Shown here one piece after another: positions 47,901 to 58,211 of a stretch of 64,000 nucleotides of DNA. Each line of letters opens with the position of its first letter. The first letter of the stretch is position 1. The notes beneath the pieces were generated by a model. That model did not search any database and was not told the DNA's origin. It worked only from the letters and a program-made list of their open reading frames with translations. This DNA is from Candidatus Latescibacterota bacterium (GTDB lineage Bacteria > Latescibacterota > UBA2968), in the NCBI GenBank assembly GCA_965207885.1, contig OZ242311.1, positions 3,552,001 to 3,616,000 on the forward strand, in the 5' to 3' direction. Made by a program: the position numbers and the translations under genes.

Positions 47901-50900
47901 GAATGCGCAATAAACGCCACGGGGGATCTGTAATGCCGCCCAATTCGGGAAAGAGATCGGATTCCGTGCCGGGCACAAGCATAGATGGGCCAGTAAAGGT
48001 GCCCGATGCGAAAGACAGGCCTCTATTGCTGGACAAATCGACGCTGTATCGGATAAAACTGTCGCGCTGGTCGAGAAAACCATTGCCGTTGAGGTCTTCG
48101 GTATCGGGGCGTGATTGACGCTCTGCCCTGTTGCCCTCTGTCCCATTGAGGCCAGAGGGATAGCGACGCAAGATATCCGTCGTGTTTTGATCCACATCTT
48201 CAAAATTATCTCCCGAAGGATCGTTGGGCACAGTTACACCTGGAAATATTTTTCGAAAGATCTCGACTTCTTCGGCGTCGGTCAATCCATCTAGACCAAT
48301 GTCTTCTTCGTCAATGACGATATCGTCTCCTGTGGGCAAGCCGCCGATGGGTTTGTCTTCTGTGCGAAAACCACTTGGAAATCGCTCTCGGTCACTGGGA
48401 TCGTTGTACATGGGGTGATCAAGGGGCAGGCGGACGCGCTCAGAAACATCGCCCAAATCGATGTGCAGATGCCCATCGTCTCCCCGAATCCAGAGTTCGA
48501 GAAATTTAGACCGCGACAAATCGAGACCATTGACATAGCGCATAATCCCCGCCCATGATTGTTGGGGAATGCCATTTTCGTTGTTCTGCGAGCGGACGGG
48601 AAATCCATTACTGCGCGCTGGATCAAATCGCAGTTTGAGAATATCGACAATGTCTTGTTCCGCGCTTATGTCATCGCGGGTCGGCTGAATTCGAGAAAGA
48701 GATGCCCTGTCGCGGTCAATGGGATTATACCACGTCAATCGCCCCTGTGGCAATGTGAGCATTCTGCTGTTGCGAAGGGGAACACTTGCGCGATTCCACC
48801 CTATTTTGCCAATCGCAAACGCCGTGCTGTTCAGAGCGCCTTCAAAATCATCGATATAGGCCACATTTTTGGTATTGGGATTTGGCAAACTCTGCGCGAT
48901 TTCAAAGTCCATATCGATAGACGACGGTGCCTGCGTGTTCACGAGTGGAATGGAATTGACGAGGTCGCTCAACAGTTTGGGTTGCATCCGGAAGCGCGCA
49001 TTGGCATCCCACAAAATAGTGCGCGTGGGTTCCTGCCCAACCCGCACGCGCGGCGAGGCAGTACTTTGACTGCCGTAGAGCAAGGTCAGGCCAATAAGCG
49101 AATACTGATCGTCAAAGGGCCGCTCGAGACGTACGCCCAAAAGGCTTTTGGACTGACCAAAACCAAATTGGTCTTTGGTCTGATACGATATGTCCAGATC
49201 AGAGGAAGGATCCGAAACCTCGTTTTCGGCATCGCCAATAAATTTCAAACGGCCTGTCACATAATTTATCGTGTAGTCTGTATCGCGTGTTAAGGTTCGG
49301 TTGTTGAGCCGAACGACTTCGCTGTTTTCAACCAGTCCGAGAAATCCGAGGTTGTATTCGGTCGATTTGCTCGTCGAACTCACCCGCAACTCATACCGCC
49401 CCGCTTCCTGGCGGTTGGACGTGTTGGTCTCATTGTAAATGCCCGGCACGCGCACCTCGAGGTCGGGTGCCCCCAACCCCTCCTCGCCAAAAGGCTCGAG
49501 AAAGGGAAAGACGAGATGCCCTCTGGCGAGACTCAGCCCGGGAATCTCATTGCCCGTGCCAATATCGATGAGTCGATCTGGAGGAGAAGATTCAGAAGAC
49601 CCGTTGGTGTGCCGGTCGAGGCCAAAAATTTCCAGGTATGATCTGCCCTCCTGATTGTCCTGCGGATTTTCACCCGGCACATTGCGAAAAATGCCGACGA
49701 ACAGGCCCTCGGGACTGATGTTGCGCCCACCCAGGCTATAAACATTGCGCCACGCAAGCCCCCATGTCGGGTCTGTGGGGCGTTGTTGCCTGGCTTTGAT
49801 GAGCTTGAGCTGGATTTTTTTATCTGGATTTCCCGGATCGGGAATAAATTGTATGTCGCCAAAATTTTCACCCGACGCGGTTTGATAAGCCACCGCAAGC
49901 GTGTAGCCCCGCGAAATCCGACCGCGTTCATGGATGAGAAAGCCTTCGGGTAAAGCAGTAAATTCGGAGGGATCAAGCTCGTGAAACGTGCCTTCTTCAA
50001 CGCCCTTGTCAGAACGACGCGACGCACCTTCATCGGGCGATCCATTGTTCCACACGAGGTATGCGATACCGGGAATGGCCGAGTCTTCGAGGTCGTTTTG
50101 CGCGTTGTAGTCGTTTATGAATACGCGCACGCTTTGCTCATTGACGCGATCGCCCGGCGCGGGAAACAAGCCGTTGCGGAAATTTTCTCGATAAATATTA
50201 TCGAGAAAAAAGTAGGTGTTTTCGATGTACCTGTAATCGGGAATTGCATCAGCCCTTCCTTGCCCTTGCCCCGTCTGCCCTTGCCCCGTAAAGGTTTGGC
50301 GACCACTCGACGATTTGTCCTGAGATGTGACAACCGTAAAATTGATGGCACCAACCCGCCCCCGCGTTTTGATGCCAAACAGCCCACCTCTACTGCCGCC
50401 GCTAAATCCAATCAGCCGCGTGCCGGGCAAAGCCAGTGTCGTATTGCCCGCTTCTATGGTTTCAATAATGCCGTCCTCATCGCCTTTGTATTGCAGGCGC
50501 AGGCCCTCGGTCAGATCAAAGCTTTGTCGTTCGCTATCTTGCTCCAGCGAAACCAGGATCCGATCGCCAATGGAGCCTTCAACAGTGAGTCGAGCTTCTT
50601 GCTCAAAATTGATGGTGGGAAAACGCGATGTGCGCGTGAGAGCTGCTTGCGCCTGTCCCAAAGTGTATTGCGAGAGGCCCGACAATTCGATGCGGCGGTA
50701 CCCCCGTATGGTGAGATTGGCAGCCCCTTCCCCAGTAATAGCACTCAACCGCTGGGGGACGCGAATCGGAATTTTGACATCGATTATACCCTCACCTTCT
50801 CTATCCTCATCCATGCGACCTCCCAATCGCTCTTGTGCAAGGCGATGGGTATCATGGTAGAACTTGTAGCGCATAAAGTCGCCCAGACTGATAATCACCG

Positions 50901-51174
50901 GAAGGCCGTAAGGCGTACCGCCCAGATCGCGGAACACCATCAGTGTATATTCGGCTTCTGTTTCTATCAGTTGCGCCGCAGGAGTCGCATATGGGCGTCT
51001 TCTGGGAAAATAAGAAGTGGATCCGGGTGTATCGCGCAAAAAGGCTTCAAGCGTTGCCCCACCTATTTGCGGACGCAAACCCGGCGTGGCAAGAGCAATA
51101 CTCGGGCAGAGCAACGCGAAAAAAAACAAAACACTGAGGCCGCGCGACCACAGGTGAATGTGAATAAACTTCAT
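44971..51174 (-). CDS. sprA: SprA/Sov-like giant outer-membrane barrel (T9SS translocon homolog)
   Basis: ~2070 aa; LQYKGDED..IEAGN..GLFGIK, AYIDDFEG, TEDLNGNG, VWMDELRV; C-terminal Phe-containing beta-strand. Start codon uncertain. Confidence 0.85.
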   Translation of the reverse strand: MKFIHIHLWSRGLSVLFFFALLCPSIALATPGLRPQIGGATLEAFLRDTPGSTSYFPRRRPYATPAAQLIETEAEYTLMVFRDLGGTPYGLPVIISLGDFMRYKFYHDTHRLAQERLGGRMDEDREGEGIIDVKIPIRVPQRLSAITGEGAANLTIRGYRRIELSGLSQYTLGQAQAALTRTSRFPTINFEQEARLTVEGSIGDRILVSLEQDSERQSFDLTEGLRLQYKGDEDGIIETIEAGNTTLALPGTRLIGFSGGSRGGLFGIKTRGRVGAINFTVVTSQDKSSSGRQTFTGQGQTGQGQGRADAIPDYRYIENTYFFLDNIYRENFRNGLFPAPGDRVNEQSVRVFINDYNAQNDLEDSAIPGIAYLVWNNGSPDEGASRRSDKGVEEGTFHELDPSEFTALPEGFLIHERGRISRGYTLAVAYQTASGENFGDIQFIPDPGNPDKKIQLKLIKARQQRPTDPTWGLAWRNVYSLGGRNISPEGLFVGIFRNVPGENPQDNQEGRSYLEIFGLDRHTNGSSESSPPDRLIDIGTGNEIPGLSLARGHLVFPFLEPFGEEGLGAPDLEVRVPGIYNETNTSNRQEAGRYELRVSSTSKSTEYNLGFLGLVENSEVVRLNNRTLTRDTDYTINYVTGRLKFIGDAENEVSDPSSDLDISYQTKDQFGFGQSKSLLGVRLERPFDDQYSLIGLTLLYGSQSTASPRVRVGQEPTRTILWDANARFRMQPKLLSDLVNSIPLVNTQAPSSIDMDFEIAQSLPNPNTKNVAYIDDFEGALNSTAFAIGKIGWNRASVPLRNSRMLTLPQGRLTWYNPIDRDRASLSRIQPTRDDISAEQDIVDILKLRFDPARSNGFPVRSQNNENGIPQQSWAGIMRYVNGLDLSRSKFLELWIRGDDGHLHIDLGDVSERVRLPLDHPMYNDPSDRERFPSGFRTEDKPIGGLPTGDDIVIDEEDIGLDGLTDAEEVEIFRKIFPGVTVPNDPSGDNFEDVDQNTTDILRRYPSGLNGTEGNRAERQSRPDTEDLNGNGFLDQRDSFIRYSVDLSSNRGLSFASGTFTGPSMLVPGTESDLFPELGGITDPPWRLLRIPLKGQDAPRTFEGSPDTTFASEIDFVRVWFEHNDTTSVEIYTFSATGSEWQEDPVAFGQLSGDFQVSTIGTNNSFYESPPGLEREIDPTTGIRLSENSLVLEFVDLYPGESISASRSFANGEDYTEYGVMTLFLHGGNPADPTYSTNFSDAADSLITGPSPIEFFMRFAPINDDSLNYYEYRSRVYRGWAEETNTVRLDLEVMSQLKGQLLGLQATEQVSDTVSVSLRRGDFLARYDKEGNRIEIDVDGRTYIVRGNPALASIRAFTVGIRNRGDEIFIGENEVWMDELRVDDIRKKPALSALADTRITLADLGNLTVNLERRSGDFQDLQGRASGNTTTRFNFDSQFNIDKFFPKEWNTSMPVRFSYNRYTSSPRIRPGSDIVLTPEQKISESDVRSQTRFTLSLRKRPAREDPSLLSRIFFDKASTSLNYSSDASTTGAITQRRRSLNENLNGNMTYNQVWSQREALAIFKWVPFYKPLKEAQFFYLPSSINYNLRFNRGVSDQTSFRAIAGDTSNVIDTVRETFNLTENYAIKLSPFRSLNADYSLTLNRDLRNGYALTQLQFGREISRNQSLNFRFTPRISNWITVNPSYSATYTDRFEIGGERVQYGSVRRGLTVNNQQTANARINLNLPSLFQRWTRKSGKDDGFSILQWIGKVGGRLQNVTSSVSQNKSNNLFGLTARPSLAYQFGFQDTIQVPIVVASTGTRTNASNVRRQAQVSSGIRLPLGLNFNTSANYSENERTGNTLGKDDQVIFPKFDASWRGLERVPLIGWFWVSSNATFGYQESRTRRGDGSLNLSSRYLTSDAREISYNPLFQWSARWKGDMNTTFSRRQSRNDEIRYQRNVTADTASVQPTLADRLIGTTLTENGTLQADVRYSLRGRFQRTLDLTLSFSRNLNTQTEMPRSAEPDVPAEPIIRQNSTSWSVSLGTQYAFSSRFTGGTTFRHERRKDHLRDLTNVTWDFRFWGEIGFQ

Positions 51175-51385
51175 AAGGACTTTGGGAAACAGGCGGAAAG
51201 TTGTATGAGCGTGCGGGTAATAGGTCGTTAGACAAAGTACATAATAGCACAAGCCACATGAAAGTCAAGATAAAATCCGCAGAAATTGGCGGGAGATAAA
51301 CATCGGTAAGCGCGTCTTTTTTTCAGAGGTAAAAAGCCGTATATTCCGTTGATCGTTAAACTCATTTTTTTAAAAAAGGTTCCTC

Positions 51386-52660
51386 ATGCGCTTGCGCCGG
51401 TATGTGATATCCGAACTGATAATGCCGTTTTTATTTAGTTTTTCCGTAATCATCTTCCTTCTCGTCATCGATCTCATTTTGCAAATGCTCGACCGCATTC
51501 TGGGAAAAGGCGTACCCATAGGTGTGGTTTTTGAGTTGTTTTTTTTAAACACGGCCTGGATGATTGCCCTCGCTGTTCCGATGGCTGTGCTGGTCAGTAC
51601 CCTGCTGGCATTTGGTCGCTTGAGTGCTGCGGGTGAAATTGTGGCCATGCGCGCATTGGGCATTGGGATTCATCAGGTTGTTGTGCCGGTTCTGCTTGTC
51701 GCCGCGCTGCTGGGAATTGGGCTGGTGATTTTTAATGATCGCATTTTGCCCGAATTTAATCACCGCGCCCGCGTTTTGATGACAGATATTCACCGCAAAC
51801 GCCCCGCGGTTGCACTCGCCGACAAAGCCGGTGTAATGATTGGCGATTTCAAAAATTACCAGATTTTATTTGATCGCGCTGATGCAGGCGGAAATATACT
51901 CCATGACGTACTGGTATATAGCTTTAATAGCGATGGGTTTCCCGAAACAGCGGTTGCCGATTCGGGCGTTGTCGAATTTGACGAAGCGCGAGACGAGGCC
52001 CTGCTCTATCTCTTTAATGGGGAAATGCACCGCATTGATCCAGACGATCCCACAGTCTATGCGCTCACAACATTTGCCAAAGCCAGATTGCGGCTCGGAG
52101 ATGCGGGCCAACAGTTGTCGCGGTCGTCATCGGCATATCGCAATGATCGAGAAATGGATATCGCCACCATGCAGCACAAAATTGCACAGTACGAAAGCGA
52201 ATTACACCAGGCGAAAGTCAAAAGAGCAAATCTCATGAATGCGTTTGTGCGTGAAGTGTTAATAGATTCTACAGATACAAAACCCGTGCAGTCGCTGCGC
52301 GCTGTATTGGGGCGCGTGGCAGCCGATACGCGAATTGCACGCCATAAGTTGAGAGCAGCAGACCGGTTGCGCGTGGAGGTACACAAAAAATTTTCAATTC
52401 CCGCAGCCTGTGTGGCATTCGTGCTGGTGGGCGCGCCAATCGGCGTGTGGGCGCGCAGCAACAGTGTGGCAATTGGCGCGGCGATCAGCATTGGCTTTTT
52501 CTTGGCGTGGTGGATTTTTCTCATCGGAGGTGAAAAACTGGCTGACCGCGGGGTGCTCATGCCCTGGTTTGCGATGTGGATACCCAATGTATTGACCGCC
52601 CTCGTAGGCGTTGTTCTATCTGCTCGTATTATCTGCGAGTGGGGCGTAAAAAGGAGATAG
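51386..52660 (+). CDS. lptF: LptF/LptG-family LPS export permease
   Basis: AVPMAVL..FGRLSAAGEIVAMRALG, EVHKKFSIP, AMWIPN. Confidence 0.85.
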   Translation: MRLRRYVISELIMPFLFSFSVIIFLLVIDLILQMLDRILGKGVPIGVVFELFFLNTAWMIALAVPMAVLVSTLLAFGRLSAAGEIVAMRALGIGIHQVVVPVLLVAALLGIGLVIFNDRILPEFNHRARVLMTDIHRKRPAVALADKAGVMIGDFKNYQILFDRADAGGNILHDVLVYSFNSDGFPETAVADSGVVEFDEARDEALLYLFNGEMHRIDPDDPTVYALTTFAKARLRLGDAGQQLSRSSSAYRNDREMDIATMQHKIAQYESELHQAKVKRANLMNAFVREVLIDSTDTKPVQSLRAVLGRVAADTRIARHKLRAADRLRVEVHKKFSIPAACVAFVLVGAPIGVWARSNSVAIGAAISIGFFLAWWIFLIGGEKLADRGVLMPWFAMWIPNVLTALVGVVLSARIICEWGVKRR

Positions 52661-52662
52661 CC

Positions 52663-53733
52663 GTGCGTATTATGAGCCGCTATGTCGTCGTCCAATTTGC
52701 AATGCCTTTTGGCCTCAGTTTGCTAGCTTTTACCACTGTTTTTGTCGTAATTGATCTGGTAGATCGCCTCAGCGCGTTTATAGACCGCGAAGTTGGCTTG
52801 GGAACAATTCTATCTTATTATTTCTGCTATTTGCCCTATATTGTTGTCCTCGTGCTTCCAATGGCGGTCTTGCTCGCGGGGTTGTTCTGTATGGGCGGGC
52901 TGATACAGCGCGGGGAATTGCTGGCAATGAAAAGTGCCGGCATAAGTCTTTATCAAGTCGTGATTCCCTTGCAAATACTGGCCCTTGGAATCAGTATTTT
53001 GGCCGCTATAATGGCAGATCAAGTCGTGCCGCGAGCAAATCGGGCGCGATCGAAAATCGAGCAACCGCGCCGATCAGCAGTCGGGCCTCAGTCCATCCGC
53101 GTGAAAATCGCGTTGCGAGATACGGGCAGGCGCGTTTTGTCAATGAGAGAATACGACGCCCAGGCCATGAAAGGACGGCAGGTGTTGCTCGACAAATATA
53201 AAGGCGGGTCACTCGCAGAGCGCGTTCGCGCCGAAGAAGCGGTTTGGACCGCCGAAGAATGGCATTTTATGAATGGAGATCGGCGCGTATTTTCAGATAA
53301 AAAAGAATTTTATCGCACATTTCGCGTGTGGGCGGCAAAAGATATAACACTAACACCTGAAGACCTCGTACGCGATGTCGTGCCCGAAGATCAGATGACG
53401 TATTCTGAACTGACGGATTTTATCCATCGCAAATCGCGCAACGGCAGCCAGACGCTTCGAGAATCTGTGGCACTTCACATGCGTTTGGCATTTCCATTTG
53501 CGAACTTCGTTATCGCCCTTTTTGGCCTGCCTCTGGCCTCTCGCATGCAGCGGACGGGACGCCCCATCCAAATTGGCATGTGCCTGCTAATCTGCTTTGC
53601 ATTTTACGGGTGCATTCAACTCGGGCGCGCTATGGGTTGGAACGATGTGCTATCTCCTGCCTGGGGAGCCTGGGGGGCAAATGCGATCTTTGGCGCAATC
53701 GGGATCATCACGCTTCTCACAACGCGCAAATAG
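52663..53733 (+). CDS. lptG: LptF/LptG-family LPS export permease
   Basis: GTG start after AAGGAG; LPMAVLL..GELLAMKSAGIS, RLAFPFA. Confidence 0.82.
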   Translation: MRIMSRYVVVQFAMPFGLSLLAFTTVFVVIDLVDRLSAFIDREVGLGTILSYYFCYLPYIVVLVLPMAVLLAGLFCMGGLIQRGELLAMKSAGISLYQVVIPLQILALGISILAAIMADQVVPRANRARSKIEQPRRSAVGPQSIRVKIALRDTGRRVLSMREYDAQAMKGRQVLLDKYKGGSLAERVRAEEAVWTAEEWHFMNGDRRVFSDKKEFYRTFRVWAAKDITLTPEDLVRDVVPEDQMTYSELTDFIHRKSRNGSQTLRESVALHMRLAFPFANFVIALFGLPLASRMQRTGRPIQIGMCLLICFAFYGCIQLGRAMGWNDVLSPAWGAWGANAIFGAIGIITLLTTRK

Positions 53734-53760
53734 TTAACACCTTAACATTCGAGGATCCAC

Positions 53761-55212
53761 ATGAAATACAATATTCTCCTGATGATCTCCGATCAGCACA
53801 GCAAATATCACATTGGTGCTTACGGAGACCCCCTCGTGCGCACGCCCCATCTCGACCAACTGACAGAAAACGGTATGCGCTTTACCAGTGCGTATTGCGC
53901 CTCACCCGTTTGCGTGCCCAGCCGCATGTCATTTATGACGTGCCGCATGCCTTCGGCCAATCGCGTGTGGAACAACAATCACCTGCTGCATTCGGGCATT
54001 CCCACCTGGGCACATGCCATGGGATTGGCCGGGTATGAAACATCGCTTATTGGGCGGATGCACTTCAACGGACACGACCAGCGACACGGCTTTGAAAATC
54101 GTCCCTTCGGCGAATACGGTGCCACACATCCGGGTGCAAACAGGCAGGGCGCGCCCCTCTTCAAAAGCATTTCAACGGCGACCACCGGACAAAATCGCAC
54201 GGCCGTCGAAGTTGCCGGACGGGGATATGGCTCATATCACGTTTTTGACGAAATGGTCGCGGAAAAAACCAGCGCGTATTTGCGCGACAAGGCGAAAAAT
54301 CCCGGCGACCGCCCCTTTGCTGCCGTGGCGGGATTTCTGTTGCCTCACTGTCCCTTCATCGCACACAAAGACCTTTTTGATTATTATTACAACCGCGTCG
54401 ATATCCCCCAACACACGCCCAATGAACCCGCAGCCATTCGCAAATTCAAACAACTTCGCGGCCTCTATCCCCCCCTTGACGAAGAACGCATCCGCGTTGC
54501 CCGCGCCGCTTATTTTGGCATGTGCGAATACCTCGACCTGCAAATCGGGCACATCCTTCAGACCCTGCGAGAAACGGGCCTTGACCGCAACACTCTGGTC
54601 ATTTATTGCTCGGATCATGGCGAAATGGCCGGAGAACACGGCTGCTGGTGGAAAAGCAGTTACTACGAAGGCTCTGTCGGCGTTCCCCTCATCACAAGCC
54701 TTCCAGGCGTAATCGCCCCAAATACGGAAAGCAACCAGATATGTAATCTGATGGACATTGGTCCCACCCTGCTCGACATGGCAGATGGAAATCCCTTGCC
54801 GGACATTCACGGGCACTCGCTCTGGCCGTTGCTTACAGGGCGAGATACAGTCGATCACCCCAACGAAACATTCAGTGAACACCTGGGGATAGAACGCACA
54901 CCCTCGTGTATGATTCGAACGGGACCCTGGAAATGTTACACATACCACGACGATACCGCGCCTGTTCTGTACAATCTTGAAGACGATCCCAATGAAATGT
55001 GCGACCTGGGTACCGATCCCAATTATGAACACATCCGCGACCGCCTCATATCCCGCATTTTTGAACACTGGGATCCCGAGTATGTACTCAAAGAATGCGC
55101 GAATATCGACCGCGATATTCGCCTGATTACCCGCTGGGGACAGACCATTCAACCCATCTTGCCCGATAGCGTCTCGGTGCCCGATGACGCTGAAGATATT
55201 GAATGTCTGTGA
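53761..55212 (+). CDS. Sulfatase (choline-sulfatase-like)
   Basis: SDQH, CVPSR (CxPxR), GRMH, PHCP, SDHGE. Confidence 0.92.
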   Translation: MKYNILLMISDQHSKYHIGAYGDPLVRTPHLDQLTENGMRFTSAYCASPVCVPSRMSFMTCRMPSANRVWNNNHLLHSGIPTWAHAMGLAGYETSLIGRMHFNGHDQRHGFENRPFGEYGATHPGANRQGAPLFKSISTATTGQNRTAVEVAGRGYGSYHVFDEMVAEKTSAYLRDKAKNPGDRPFAAVAGFLLPHCPFIAHKDLFDYYYNRVDIPQHTPNEPAAIRKFKQLRGLYPPLDEERIRVARAAYFGMCEYLDLQIGHILQTLRETGLDRNTLVIYCSDHGEMAGEHGCWWKSSYYEGSVGVPLITSLPGVIAPNTESNQICNLMDIGPTLLDMADGNPLPDIHGHSLWPLLTGRDTVDHPNETFSEHLGIERTPSCMIRTGPWKCYTYHDDTAPVLYNLEDDPNEMCDLGTDPNYEHIRDRLISRIFEHWDPEYVLKECANIDRDIRLITRWGQTIQPILPDSVSVPDDAEDIECL

Positions 55213-55377
55213 AGCGAGAGACTGGGACTGGGGAAGACACAGGGACCACTGACGGCTAATCACTTTTGTTTTTAAGTGACAAATGATTCTTTTTTACTTT
55301 ACTTTAACACCCCCAAATTATCCGTTGTCGCATTTGACTGAATAGTTCTTCGAACTATTTTTACAGAGGGCATATTT

Positions 55378-58185
55378 ATGCAACGCAAGTTTTTAATCCC
55401 AACCATATTTGTTATTGTCATCGGGTTCGCGTGGTTATCATCCTATTATACCGACTGGCTGTGGTTCTCGAGTCTCGATTTTCAAGCTGTCTTCTGGACC
55501 ACCCTGAAAGCGCGTTTCCTGTCCGGCATATTTTACGGTCTTATTGCCGCTGTAGTCATTGGCATCAACCTCCATTATGTCGGACGGTTCACCCGCTCCG
55601 CTCTGGAAGCAGACGCCTCACTTTACGAAGGTGAAATGCCTGGCGCAAGCCTGTTGCGCTCAAATACTGGCTATATGTTAATCGCCGCTGTCCTCGTCCT
55701 CATTATGGGCAATGTCGGATCCTCCCAGTGGCCCACCCTGTTGCGTTACTGGTATGGGGGATCATTTGGCACTTCCGATCCCATCTTTGGACGCGACGTT
55801 GGGTTTTATGTCTTTGATTTGCCCTTTTACCAATTTACAGTCGGTTTTCTCATCGGCACAGTAATCGTATCAGCCCTGGCATCAGGGGTTATTTACATGG
55901 CCACAGGCGGTATTCGCTTGCAGGAAAGCATTCAGGTCATGCCGCGCCCCGTCGCACACCTGTCTGCCCTTGCCGGGCTATTCTTGCTGTTTTCGGCTAT
56001 CAATTATTACCTCAAAATCTACGGCCTGCTCTATTCTCCGGGCGATGTCTTTTTCGGTGCTGGGTTTGTCGATGTCAACGTTCAGCGCTGGATATATTGG
56101 CTCCTCATCATTGCCTTTGTCGCAACCGGCATCATGCTCTTGCGAAATATCAAAGCACGTGAAGCGCGCCCACTTCTCATCGGTGTTGGCGTCTTTCTCG
56201 TTGGAACCATAGGACTGGGCAGCATCCCGGGTGCAATTGTGCAAAAACTCATCGTAGATCCCACCGAACTCCAGCGCGAAACCCCTTACATCAAGAATAA
56301 CATCGACTTTACGCGAAAAGCATACGCCCTCGACAGGATTGTGGAACAACCTTTTGAAGCATCCGAGGATCTCACCGCAGCGGACATTGCCGCCAATCCT
56401 TTGACCATCCGCAACATCCGCATCTGGGATGAGCGCCCAATGGTGCAAACCTATCAGCAGGTTCAGGAAATTCGTCCCTATTATGTCTTTCCCAGCGTTG
56501 ATGTTGACCGCTACACTGTTGACGGCGTATATCGACAAGTGATGCTCTCGGGACGCGAACTCGACACCAATCGCCTACCGGCTCAGGCGCGCAACTGGGT
56601 CAATGAAACCCTGCAATATACACACGGATATGGGGTTGCCATGAGCCCGGTTACCCACGTCACCCCCGAGGGTTTGCCAGCGTTTATGATCAAAGATATC
56701 CCCCCGGTAGCCGACGCAGCAGAGCTACAAATTTCCCGTCCGGAAATCTACTATGGCGAACGCACCTACGGCAACGTAGTCGTCAAAACCAGCGCCGAAG
56801 AATTTGACTATCCCCAGCGCGATGGCAATGCGTTTACCACCTACGAAGGCAATGGCGGGGTACCCATGGGGAGTTTCATCAACCGCCTGGCATTTACCAT
56901 TCGCATGATGGATCCCAATTTGCTCTTGAGTACCTACATCCTATCTGAGAGCAAAATCATGTACCACCGGCAGATCGCCCAACGCGCACGCGAGATCGCG
57001 CCCTTCCTCTTCTTCGACTCCGATCCCTATCTCGTTATCTCCGAAGGCCGTCTGTACTGGATTTTAGATGCTTACACAACCACCAACATGTATCCCTATT
57101 CCAAACGCATGGGTCGGTCGCAGATCAACTACATCCGCAATTCGGTCAAGGTCGTCATGGATGCCTATCACGGTTCTGTCACCTTTTATCAGGCTGAGGA
57201 TGAACCCGTGATTGCCGCTTATGCCGCGATATTCCCCACCCTGTTCAAATCAATTGACACCATGCCTGCTGATTTGCGCGCCCATGTGCGGTATCCCGTT
57301 GACCTCTTCCGCATTCAAGCGACGATGTATCGCGAATATCACATGCAGGAAGTGCAGGTGTTTTACAACCAGGAAGACCTGTGGGAAATCCCAAATGAAA
57401 TCTATGGCCAAAACGACCGCACACAACCGATGGAACCGTATTATATCATCGTCAAATTTCCCGGTGAAGAACGCGAGGAATTTCTTCTGCTCGTGCCCTT
57501 CACACCCGCCCAAAAGGACAACATGATCGGCTGGCTTGCCGCGCGATGCGACGGGGAAAACTACGGTGACTTGCTGGTCTATCTCCTGCCCAAAGAAAAA
57601 CTCATCTTCGGTCCGATGCAACTCGAAGCCCGCATCGATCAGCAGCCAGATATATCGAGCCAACTCACCCTGTGGGGACAGGGCGGCTCCGAAGTCATTC
57701 GCGGCAATCTTTTGGCCGTACCCATCGAATCATCTTTCCTGTACGTTGAACCCATCTACCTGCAAGCCCGCCAGGAATCCGAGCAATTCCAACAACAGGG
57801 CTTTGAGGGCGAAGGCGGTGGACAGCCGCAGCAGGGACAACCACCGCGTCAACTCCAGCAAAGCACGGCCATCCCAGAACTCAAGCAAGTGATCGTCGCA
57901 TTTGGCGGACAGGTCATCATGCGCGATACATTTGAAGATGCCCTCAACGAACTGTTTGGTTCTGGTGCGGGGAAAACCCTGGAATCCCCAGGTTCCGACG
58001 AAACATCCACAACAACATCAGAACAACCCGCTGAACGCACCGCAGCAGCGTTGGCCTCAGAAGCAGATATGCAATTCCAGCGCGTGCGGGAATCGCTTCA
58101 AAAGTGGGATTGGACAACCGCGGGTGAAGCGATGAAGCAGTTGGAACAATCGATTCTCGAATTAAAAAAGACACTGGAGCAATAA
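55378..58185 (+). CDS. UPF0182-family membrane protein
   Basis: TDWLWF, DPIFGRDVGFYVFDLP, YTHGYG, NYIRNSVK, VIRGNL..YVEPIY. Confidence 0.92.
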   Translation: MQRKFLIPTIFVIVIGFAWLSSYYTDWLWFSSLDFQAVFWTTLKARFLSGIFYGLIAAVVIGINLHYVGRFTRSALEADASLYEGEMPGASLLRSNTGYMLIAAVLVLIMGNVGSSQWPTLLRYWYGGSFGTSDPIFGRDVGFYVFDLPFYQFTVGFLIGTVIVSALASGVIYMATGGIRLQESIQVMPRPVAHLSALAGLFLLFSAINYYLKIYGLLYSPGDVFFGAGFVDVNVQRWIYWLLIIAFVATGIMLLRNIKAREARPLLIGVGVFLVGTIGLGSIPGAIVQKLIVDPTELQRETPYIKNNIDFTRKAYALDRIVEQPFEASEDLTAADIAANPLTIRNIRIWDERPMVQTYQQVQEIRPYYVFPSVDVDRYTVDGVYRQVMLSGRELDTNRLPAQARNWVNETLQYTHGYGVAMSPVTHVTPEGLPAFMIKDIPPVADAAELQISRPEIYYGERTYGNVVVKTSAEEFDYPQRDGNAFTTYEGNGGVPMGSFINRLAFTIRMMDPNLLLSTYILSESKIMYHRQIAQRAREIAPFLFFDSDPYLVISEGRLYWILDAYTTTNMYPYSKRMGRSQINYIRNSVKVVMDAYHGSVTFYQAEDEPVIAAYAAIFPTLFKSIDTMPADLRAHVRYPVDLFRIQATMYREYHMQEVQVFYNQEDLWEIPNEIYGQNDRTQPMEPYYIIVKFPGEEREEFLLLVPFTPAQKDNMIGWLAARCDGENYGDLLVYLLPKEKLIFGPMQLEARIDQQPDISSQLTLWGQGGSEVIRGNLLAVPIESSFLYVEPIYLQARQESEQFQQQGFEGEGGGQPQQGQPPRQLQQSTAIPELKQVIVAFGGQVIMRDTFEDALNELFGSGAGKTLESPGSDETSTTTSEQPAERTAAALASEADMQFQRVRESLQKWDWTTAGEAMKQLEQSILELKKTLEQ

Positions 58186-58211
58186 CCTCTCCAGTCCATT
58201 TTTCCCGATTC

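Noticed and set aside
50259-50289. 15-bp tandem duplication in sprA (TGQGQTGQGQ)
   Set aside because: An in-frame micro-duplication in a probable linker, with no sign of functional significance.
49981-51231. 416-aa plus-strand ORF
   Set aside because: Antisense shadow of sprA with no recognisable motifs. Long shadow ORFs are common opposite genes here (also 7962-8774 and 54232-55263).
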